Below, piece after piece: positions 1 to 7,800 of a stretch of DNA of 15,712 nt (position 1 is its first letter; each line of letters begins with the position of its first letter). Under the pieces are notes generated by a model that was given only the letters and a program-made list of their open reading frames with translations, was not told the origin of the DNA and ran no database searches. The stretch is from Fonticula alba ATCC 38817 (taxonomy: Eukaryota > Protista > Nucleariida). Position numbers and translations under genes: made by a program. The stretch lies in the NCBI GenBank assembly GCA_000388065.2, contig KB932205.1; one strand, 5' to 3'.

Positions 1-508
1 TGCCCGAGCTGAATGCCATGACCGTGCGGTACGCGGCGCCCGAGGTGATCGGCGCCTTCCAGCGGGGCATTTCGCTGGACCGGGCGGCCTTCCTGCCGGC
101 GGACATCTTCAGCGCGGCGGTCATGCTGCTGGAGTGCCTCACGCGCGCGGTCCCCTGGCCAAACATGGACATGCAGGGGATTGTATCCGCCGTGCAGGCC
201 GGCCAGCGTCCGGGCGCCGACGCGCTGCCGGTCGCCGTGCAGGACCTGGTGCGAGCCGCCTGGCAGGCGGACCCCGCCATGCGGCCCCATGCGGCCAGCG
301 CGCGGTCCCCTGGCCAAACATGGACATGCAGGGGATTGTATCCGCCGTGCAGGCCGGCCAGCGTCCGGGCGCCGACGCGCTGCCGGTCGCCGTGCAGGAC
401 CTGGTGCGAGCCGCCTGGCAGGCGGACCCCGCCATGCGGCCCCATGCGGCCACCCTGCGCCAGCAGTGTGCCGCACTGTTCGTGGCCGTCGGCGGCCTGG
501 GCCAGTGA
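1..508 (+). CDS. Gene 1: 3' end of a TKL-like protein kinase (subdomains VIII-XI), 5'-partial; frameshifted as assembled by a 155-bp tandem duplication
   Basis: Frame from base 3 reads PELNAMTVRYAAPE (subdomain VIII), PADIFSAAVMLLECLTRAVPW (IX) and LVRAAWQADPAMRPHAA (XI). Joining 1-297 to 453-508 (removing one repeat copy) restores ...RPHAATLRQQCAALFVAVGGLGQ* with TGA at 506-508. This tail is collinear with the gene 2 C-terminus at 8900-9040. Confidence 0.88.
   Translation, partial: ARAECHDRAVRGARGDRRLPAGHFAGPGGLPAGGHLQRGGHAAGVPHARGPLAKHGHAGDCIRRAGRPASGRRRAAGRRAGPGASRLAGGPRHAAPCGQRAVPWPNMDMQGIVSAVQAGQRPGADALPVAVQDLVRAAWQADPAMRPHAATLRQQCAALFVAVGGLGQ
143..452 (+). repeat. Exact 155-bp tandem duplication (143-297 = 298-452) inside the gene 1 kinase CDS
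   Basis: GCGCGCGGTCCCCTGGCCAAAC...CCCCATGCGGCCA occurs at 143 and again at 298. The offset of 155 is not a multiple of 3. Confidence 0.95.
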
Positions 509-695
509 GTTACCCTCCGGCGTACCGCCCCGCCCCTGTCCATGAAACACCGTAACCGGTGCCTGGGGCGGGATACCACCAACACGGCTGCCACCTCCGG
601 GTCGCCAACCGAAGGGACCCAACACCAGCCCCTCCCGAGAAATGTGCCATGGGACAGGAGCACATTTGTGGCTATTTTTGAATTATAATTGTGGC

Positions 696-701
696 AATAA
701 A
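696..701 (+). promoter_or_regulatory. Candidate polyadenylation signal (AATAAA) for gene 1
   Basis: AATAAA in an AT-rich patch (667-705) about 190 nt after the gene 1 stop. An equivalent signal follows gene 2 at a similar distance. Confidence 0.5.
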
Positions 702-993
702 GAAGGCCCTTGGTGTTTTCAGGCACGGCCACCTCCCATGCTGCTTTGCCAGAATGCCCCAGATTCACCAGACTGAGCCTCGCCCATTTGAGCACAATGG
801 CGAGGGGGGGCGTCCCGCGCACTGGTCGGGGGTGGGATCCGCCCCCGCAGGGGCCTCTTGCGCGAGCCCCGAGCTCCGGGGCGGGTGACAATCAGCAGGG
901 AGCCAACGCCACACCACTCCCGAGGTGATACCCTCCGGAGTGTCGCTCCGGCGGGGCGCCGGAGAGGCCTGGCACCACTTCGCGGCAGGGCCG

Positions 994-1046
994 TGCGCGG
1001 TCTCCTGCGCGGTCTCCTGCGCGGTCTCCTGCGCGGTCTACTGCGC
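994..1046. repeat. 12-bp tandem repeat (TGCGCGGTCTCC) x ~4.4
   Basis: Copies at 994, 1006, 1018, 1030 (C>A variant) and a partial copy at 1042. No spacers. Confidence 0.95.
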
Positions 1047-1563
1047 CGCTCGGCCTCGGCGACATGCCGCCGGCCGCGCAGCCCGAGCACCGTCTCATCC
1101 CCGCGCCATGGTCCACCGGACGGGCGTGGCCTTCCCCGTGCCGGGGCGTGGCTGCTCGCCACCGGTCGGCCCCGGGGACCGCGCGTGTGCCCAGGCGGCC
1201 CTCTGCACAAGCATACACTCGCGCCGGTGCAGCTCGCAAGGGCGCGGCCGAGGCCCCTCCCATCGCCGGGGGCTGGCGTGGCTCGAGCGACGCCAGCCCG
1301 GCTGCCCGCGCCTCGGGCCACGCCGTGCATCGGTCCGCGCCCTCCGGTGCCCCTGGGGCCCGGGGCATTTGCCGCGGCCCGGCCTCCTCACCCGCATGCC
1401 TCTCCGCTGCCCGGCGGCCGGATCCGGCGAGGCGACCCTGCCGGGCCTGCTGCTCTGCCGGCCCCCGCCGCTCGCAGGGTCTCATCGTCGGAGGGTCCTC
1501 GTCGCCAGGCGAGCACCAAGCTGCCAGACTCTCCGTGGCTGTGCGCCTCGCGCCCACGCCCCC

Positions 1564-1576
1564 TTTTTTTTTTTTT
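1564..1576. repeat. T13 homopolymer followed by ATAG
   Basis: Read directly from the sequence. Confidence 0.9.
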
Positions 1577-1707
1577 ATAGGCCTCGCCCCCCGCCTGGCG
1601 GGCTGCATGCGCGACCGCGGCTCGCCGGATGGCCGAGCGCGTCGGCCGCCCGGCGCCGAGGCTTGCCGTGCTGCTGCGAGTCCGTGTCGAACCCAATAGC
1701 CGCCCTC

Positions 1708-1720
1708 TTTTTTTTTTTTT
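1708..1720. repeat. T13 homopolymer followed by CGCAAG
   Basis: Read directly from the sequence. Confidence 0.9.
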
Positions 1721-1839
1721 CGCAAGGGGGGGCATCCTGCGCGCGGGGGGTGCCCTTCTGTCGGATCGCCGGCCTTCGTGGCCTGCCGGATCGGCCCGTT
1801 CAAGGCCGGGCTCCTGGCGCATGCCCCCTCACGGGCGGC

Positions 1840-1913
1840 CTCGGCCAGGCAGCTCTCGGCCAGGCAGCTCTCGGCCAGGCAGCTCTCGGCCAGGCAGCTC
1901 TCGGCCAGGCAGC
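1840..1913. repeat. 15-bp tandem repeat (CTCGGCCAGGCAGCT) x ~5
   Basis: Perfect copies at 1840, 1855, 1870 and 1885, and 14 of 15 bases at 1900. Confidence 0.95.
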
Positions 1914-2138
1914 CGGCGCCCACGCTGCTGGCCTTGCGCCGTCGGCCGGAGACCACGCCCGCACTCGCTCCCGCCAGGCCTTCCCCCGCCCCGCCCCGGG
2001 GGCGCGCGTGAATGCTGCCCGCCCCCGCCGCCGGTGCTGGCCGCCGGCGTACACCATGATCTGTGCGCTCTCCAGCGCGAGCGGGTCCGGGCGACGCGAC
2101 GAATCGCGCCCCGGCCGCCGCACCGAGCATGCGGCCGA

Positions 2139-2639
2139 CCCCCCCCCCATATGAGGCCGGACGCGCGCCCCGACTGCGCGGGGCCGGCGCCCGGGCAGAC
2201 CACCGCATCAGGAGGGCCAACCCCCGCCGGACCGGGGGACTTACTGCCAACTCTCAGTACTACACATCAAGGACGTGTGCCCGCCGGTGCCTGGCGCCCT
2301 GTCTGCGCGGCAGGGACACGCGGCTTGCCACCCGGGCCAAAGCGCGGGAGGGCACCCGCCGGCCCCCCCCCCCCCCCCCGGCATCCCGGCTGACCGGGAA
2401 CATCCCGCCCAGCTCCGGGAGCCGGTGGCCCCGGCGGGGAGGGCGACCAGGTGAGACCCGCCGCGGCGGCGGCTCCGGCGGCAGCTGGGCTGGCCGCCAG
2501 GGGTCCCGCGCTCGGGCGGCCCGTGCGCCAGGTCATTGGACCCGGCAGGGGGTCCCCCCCCCCCCCGCGTTCGGCCGTGGCCGGCCCCTCCCGCGGGTCG
2601 GGCTTCTCCCACGGGGGGGGGGGGGGGGGGGGGGGGGGG
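2139..2639. repeat. Cluster of long C/G homopolymers upstream of gene 2: C10 (2139-2148), C17 (2363-2379), C13 (2554-2566), G27 (2613-2639)
   Basis: Read directly from the sequence. Homopolymer lengths may be imprecise in the assembly. Confidence 0.9.
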
Positions 2640-2975
2640 CCAGCCCCCGCATCTGGACCCTCGGGCGCGGTGGCGTGCGCCCGCGGCTCGGCACCGGCTG
2701 CAGGGGGCCCGGCAGGCCGCGGGCGCGCGTGCCCTCGATCTCGGCCCTCGTCGCCCGGACCGTGCCCCGGGCTGGCTGGCCCCCTTCCCGCGGAGCAGCA
2801 CGACCACGCAGCGCCGCGAGCGGGGCGCATAAGTGAAACATTCGCCCCGCCGATTCCGGTGCCCGAGACGGCCAGCCGCAGCCCCCACCACACCCCCTCG
2901 CGACAGAGTCCGCTCGCCTCCTGCCCTTGACATCCCGCGCCTTCTCGTCCCCGCCCCCCGCCCCCGGGATCCGAC

Positions 2976-4305
2976 ATGCTGCCGCTGGCCCTGGCGCTCC
3001 TGCTGCTGCTGCTGCTGGGCCTGCGCGCGGCCCCGACCCGGGCCGCCCTCGGGCCGGACTTCCCCCTGTACGCCGGGCCGCACGCGGTGCTGGCCCTCCC
3101 CCAGGATGCGGTCTTCATCACCCCCTACAAAATGCCCTCCATCGCCAATGGCCGGCTGGGGCCCATGGGCATCGTCCAGTTCAACCAGGTTGACAAGCTG
3201 CACTCGGTGTCGGAGACTCGCTGGGGCACCTTCTTCAATCCGAAGCCCCACAAGTCCAGCAACCACCTGCAGCTGGCCGGCCCCGACCCGCCGGACATCA
3301 TGTACATCCCGGTGCCGCAGACCTTCCAGCCGGAGATCCTTTTCCACACCCCGCACAAGGTGTCCATCTACTTCACCACCCCCGTGGACCGGCCCCTGCC
3401 GGAGCCCGAGACCCGCATCCTGGGCGCCCAGTCGGCCGGGCCCGGGGTGGTGGATTTGGTCGGACTCATCGGCGAGCCCGGGCCCGACCGCCTGCGAGAG
3501 CTCTACGTGGCAACCCTCTCCGCGGGGTCCCTGGACCGGGCCTTTTCCGACATGGTGATGCTCCAGGACCCGGTGCAGGTGGTCCCCGGCCCGGGCCGGT
3601 CTTTCTACATCTCCGACAGGGAGTCCCTCTTCCGGGTGAGTGCCTCCTCCGGGAGTCCCTTTACCATGTCCCTGCTGACGCCCCTCCCCGGGCCCCTGGA
3701 CCAGCTGGTCGTCTCGCGCTTCCTGTCCGCGCATGCCGACTGCCCGGACGCCGGGGACATGCTGGGGCTCCGGCCGACGGGCCAAATCGACCTGCAGTTC
3801 TGCTTCGACGGCAACACCATGAGCCACTCCCTGTTGGCCCCCCTCCCGGCGGAGGCATCGCCCGGGGGACGCATCTTGGCCGCCCCGGCCGGCTCCCTGG
3901 ACGAGGCGGTGCCCTGGTTCCTCTACCTGGAGCCGGGCCCCTATGGGGTCCTCTGGCGCGGGACCATCTCCCTGGGCGGCATCGCCTGGCAGCGGGTCCT
4001 CCTCCCGAGCATCGTGTCGAACAATGCCCACCTCCCCGGCCCGGGGGGCATGCATCTGGTCCGCCTGCAAATGAGCCCGGGATCCCCCGGGCGCTGGGTC
4101 CCCCTGGTCGGGGACGTGGCCCTCTTCGACGCCGAGACCTTCGGCTGCGATGTCGATCCCAGCATCGTCTGCAGCGCCCCGGGGACGCCCATTCTGCTGG
4201 AGCGCAATTGGGCATGCGCCGATGATCGTGCGATGGCGCCCTTCGTGTCGGCGCAGCAGCTGTGCGCCGGCTGCCAGAATGGCTTCTACTTGGACCGTCT
4301 GGTCG
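2976..4305 (+). CDS. Gene 2 exon 1: signal peptide, N-terminal globular ectodomain A and start of the Cys-rich linker of a receptor-like TKL kinase
   Basis: ATG 2976 begins MLPLALALLLLLLLGLRAAPTRA, a classic hydrophobic signal peptide. The frame stays open to ...QLCAGCQNGFYLDRLV-G, where the donor G|GTGCGT begins at 4306. Many motifs are shared with gene 3 exon 1 (E.RWG.F, ATLSAG.L, PG.GR.FY, GI.W.RVLL, VALFD.E.FGC..DPSI.C, QLCAGC..GF.LDR). Confidence 0.9.
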
Positions 4306-4830
4306 GTGCGTGGTGCCTCTCTTGTCGGGCCTTCTTCCGCTGCTGGCGCCTCTCCGGGTGGCCTGGAGTGACATCCGCCTCGCTCGCGCCCCTCCCCCGG
4401 TCCTCCCACTGACCATCTCCCCCCTCCCCCGCCGCTGCGCCTCCTTCACATGCGAATGTGCCCTCCCCCNNNNNNNNNNNNNNNNNNNNNNNNNNNNNNN
4501 NNNNNNNNNNNNNNNNNNNNNNNNNNNNNNNNNNNNNNNNNNNNNNNNNNNNNNNNNNNNNNNNNNNNNNNNNNNNNNNNNNNNNNNNNNNNNNNNNNNN
4601 NNNNNNNNNNNNNNNNNNNNNNNNNNNNNNNNNNNNNNNNNNNNNNNNNNNNNNNNNNNNNNNNNNNNCCCCCGCCGCTGCGCCTCGTTCACATGCGAAT
4701 GTGCCCTCCCCCGGTCCTCCCACTGACCATCTCCCCCCTCCCCCGCCGCTGCGCCTCCTTCACATGCGAATGTGCCCTCTCCCCTCCCCGGCTGCCGGGG
4801 TCGGCTGGGCCGCCGCCGACTCCCCGCCAG
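4306..4830 (+). other. Gene 2 spliceosomal intron (GT-AG, phase 1); contains an assembly gap
   Basis: Donor GTGCGT at 4306 and acceptor CCGCCAG at 4824-4830. There is no AG in the visible sequence from 4369 to 4828. Splicing joins G+AC to give Asp and keeps the frame into DGPPFSHPSHSCRPC. The intron sits at the same codon position and phase as the gene 3 intron. Confidence 0.88.
4394..4778. repeat. 71-bp intronic minisatellite (CCCCCGGTCCTCCCACTGACCATCTCCCCCCTCCCCCGCCGCTGCGCCTCCTTCACATGCGAATGTGCCCT); copy number unresolved
   Basis: Full copies at 4394-4464 and 4708-4778, with partial copies on both sides of the 199-N gap (4470-4668). One C>G variant at 4687. Confidence 0.93.
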
Positions 4831-7800
4831 ACGGACCCCCCTTCTCCCACCCGAGCCACTCCTGCCGGCCGTGCGCCCAGCCCGGCTGTCGGACTTGCAC
4901 CTCGACGCAATGTCTGGCCTGCGGCAGCCCCCTCCTTTTGGAGTTCCGCCAGCCGGCCGGCCAGACCGCATGCGTGTTGAGCTGCTCCAGCGGCTTTGTC
5001 AAGCACGCCGGCACCTGCCAGCCGGCCGAGCTCACGTCGCCGGTCGGCGCGCTGGCCCCCCCGAGGCCGAGCCACTTCTCCGGCCTGCCGGCCGGCCAGG
5101 AGCTCACGGCCATCGTGGAAACCCGGCTTTCTGTCATCCCCGGCACCGGGATGCCGGTCGTGCCGGCGCCGTCGGACTCGGCAGGGCCGGCCGGCCGCAA
5201 CCTCCTGCTATTCACCCGGACCCTGGAGGTGTACCTGGTGTGGGGCGAGGATGTCAACCAGGCGGACGCCTCGCCGCCGACGGTGATCCACCTGCTGGGC
5301 GGCGGCCCGCTCCCGGCCCCGGTGGTCACCTACACCGAGACGGCGACCCTCCAGGCCGGGCCGAGCCTGCTGCTGGTGGGGCTCATGTGTCTGGCCAATG
5401 GCCAGGCGTACCAGGTCCGGCTGTCGTGCCAGGCGCCCGGGCCCTGCACGCTGGCCGCCGCGCCGGTCCCGCTGCCACTTCCGCTGTACAGCTGCCTCGA
5501 CATCCAGCGCCTGGGCGCCGACCTCTTTGTCATACAGGCCCCCCGGCCGAGCTCGGTCTACCTGATCCAGGTCAACGTCAGCACCACGTACATGGACTAC
5601 CACGAGCTGCCGGCCGGCCACTTGGCCGCCCTGCCGCAGGACGGCGGGACCGGGCGCTCCTTCACCATCGCCGAGCAGGGCACATGGATTGTGCACAGCG
5701 GCCCGGCGGACGCCGGCGTCATGGCCCTGCGTCAGATCCTCAGCACCTGGGACTCGCGCATAAGCGTGGCCAAGGACCGCTTCCTGCCTGGCATCGTGGA
5801 CTTTGCGCCGGTCCTCCTCCCGCGCCCTGCGCCGGAGCCGCCGGTACTGGTCTTCACCCGGATCAAGGCGACCCTCTGGGAGGCGGCCCAGGTCCCGGGC
5901 GACATGCTCCCCGCCGGGCGGTCCACCGAGCTGCCCTTCATCGGGCACCTGCTGGGCACCCTGCCGGAGGCCCTGGCCCACGAGCTGGACGCCCGGTTCC
6001 AGGCCGTCGCCCTGCCGGATGGGCGCCCGGAGCTCCCGGCCGCCCTGCTGCTGCTGGCCCGCGGGTTCTTCGGGGTGTCGTTCCTCCGCTGCATGCCGGG
6101 GGACGGCCCGTGTGCCCTCCTGCCGGCCACCTTCACCCCGCTGTCCGGGGCCCTCCGGCTGGCAGCCGGCGCGGCGCTCTGGCAGCCGGCCATCCCCCTT
6201 GTCCACCGGGCCCCCGGGCAGGCGCTATCGCTGCTGGGCTTCTCGGTGGCCACGGGCCCGGTGACGGTGGACCTCCTGTCGAACTGCCCTCCCGGGCTGC
6301 ATGCTCGGCCCACCGGGGAGTGCCTCTGCCACGAGACGTGTGCCGCGTGCTCGGACCCGGGCACCGGGGCCTTCGTGTGCGATGTCTGCCGGCCGGGCTT
6401 TGCGCGGGCCCCGGCCGGGGCCAGCCCCGATCGGTGCCTCGTCTGCCATGACTCTTGCCTGGAGTGCGGGCTGCCGGGCGATTCGGGCGCCTGCGAGGCC
6501 TGCCCGGCCGGGGCCTGGCTCCATGCCGGGGCCTGTGTGGCTGGCTGCCCGGCCGGCACCTGGCCGGACAGCCCGTCACGCGGGTGTGTCCCCTGCCCGG
6601 CCGGCTGCGCTGCCTGCGCCGGGGCCGCCGCCTGCACCGCCTGCAGCAGCCGGCACTTCCTGGGCCCGGACAGCATGTGCCACCCGTGTCACAGCTCCTG
6701 TGCCAGCTGCGCGGACAACGCCACCTGCACCGAGTGCCACAGCGGCTTGGTGTTTCTGAGCCCCGATCCGCAGGTTGCCTCGCTGTGCGGGAGCACCTGC
6801 GCTCCGGGGGATTATGTCGAGGCGGTCCGGTGCGCCACCTGCGCCCCCTCGTGTGCCCTCTGCACCGGGGCCGCCGAGCGGTGTGAGCTGTGCGCGGATG
6901 GGCACTTCCGGCTGACCGGCCCGCCGGGCGCCTGCGCTGCCTGCCCGGCGGGCTGCGCCTCGTGCACCGCCGACCGGTGCCTGGCCTGCGAGCCGGGGCT
7001 CTTCCTCGACTCGCGCGGCGCCTGTGTGAGCGCCTGCCCGGCCGGGACCTTCGCCGACACCGAGTCGTGCCAGCCGTGCGACCTGAGCTGCGCCACCTGC
7101 GTCGGGGGCGGCGCCGACCAGTGCGCCAGCTGCGCGGCCGGGCTGGACTTCGTGCCGGCCGGCGGCTCGGCCGGCACATGCGTGTCGGGCTGCCCGGAGG
7201 GCCAGTACCGGGACCGTGTCTCCGGCGACTGCTTCCCATGCGACACGGCGTGCGCCACGTGCAACGGCCCGTCGGACAAGGACTGCTGGCGCTGTGCCAG
7301 CGGTGTCCTGCAGGATGGCGACTGCGTGCAGCACTGCGCCGCCAAGCATGTGGCCCTGGCCGGGCGGTGCCTGCCCTGCCATGTGTCGTGCGACCAGTGC
7401 GCCGGGACCCGGAGCACTGAGTGCCTGCCGGACTGCCCGGGTGATCTGCTGGCCCTGCCGGCCGGGGCGTCGCCCATGCGCTGCGTGCCGGCCTGCCCGG
7501 TGGGCTACAATGCCTCGGGCGCCGGGTGCAGCCCCTGCGGGGAGCACTGCGCCAGCTGCCCGGAGCAGGCGCCCACGTGCGCCCTGTGCGACCGGGGCTG
7601 GCTGCTGGCCAGCCCAGACTGCGTGGCCGAGTGCCCGGCCGGGAGCTCGCCGCTGGGCGGGCTGTGCTCCACGTGCCATGGCAGCTGCGCGACGTGCTAC
7701 GGCCCGGGGCCGGACCAATGCCTGGCCTGTGGCCCGGGCACGCCGTTCCTTGTGGGTGGCCGCTGCCACGCTGGCTGCCCTGCGGGGACCTTCCAGGATG

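Noticed and set aside
864-882. GC-rich hairpins (e.g. GCCCCG-AGCTC-CGGGGC near 865-881; GGGCATCC…GGGTGCCC near 1730-1755) as terminators or ncRNAs
   Set aside because: Short stems are expected by chance in such GC-rich DNA. There is no tRNA cloverleaf, rRNA or snRNA motif, and intrinsic terminators are not relevant in a eukaryotic locus.
511-938. 10-bp direct repeat TACCCTCCGG at 511-520 and 929-938 as a target-site duplication of an inserted element
   Set aside because: No terminal inverted repeats, poly(A) tail or coding remnant between the copies. The interval contains the probable normal 3' UTR of gene 1, and a 10-bp GC-rich match may be chance.
994-1913. 12-bp, 15-bp and 71-bp repeats as CRISPR arrays
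   Set aside because: The units are contiguous with no unique spacers, there are no cas genes, and the context is eukaryotic with introns.
925-2154. 409-aa + ORF (and 892-2250 minus-strand ORF) as a protein-coding gene
   Set aside because: No recognisable domain. It runs straight through two T13 tracts (FFFF) and the tandem repeats, and stop scarcity is explained by GC content. Kept only as a weak transcript hypothesis in the findings.
2241-4409. 722-aa minus-strand ORF, and similar long antisense or off-frame ORFs (6133-8130, 6576-7805, 4772-6451, 7216-8730, 11876-13048, 13790-15598, 14286-15701)
   Set aside because: They overlap well-supported + strand exons, have low-complexity Arg/Gly/Pro/Ala composition and no recognisable motifs. 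Long stop-free shadow frames are expected in high-GC3 coding DNA.
4306-4412. End of the 478-aa ORF (2976-4412) as a separate short secreted protein
   Set aside because: The ORF reads into the intron. A GT donor at the position homologous to the gene 3 intron and an in-frame acceptor at 4830 join it to the downstream 4-kb exon.
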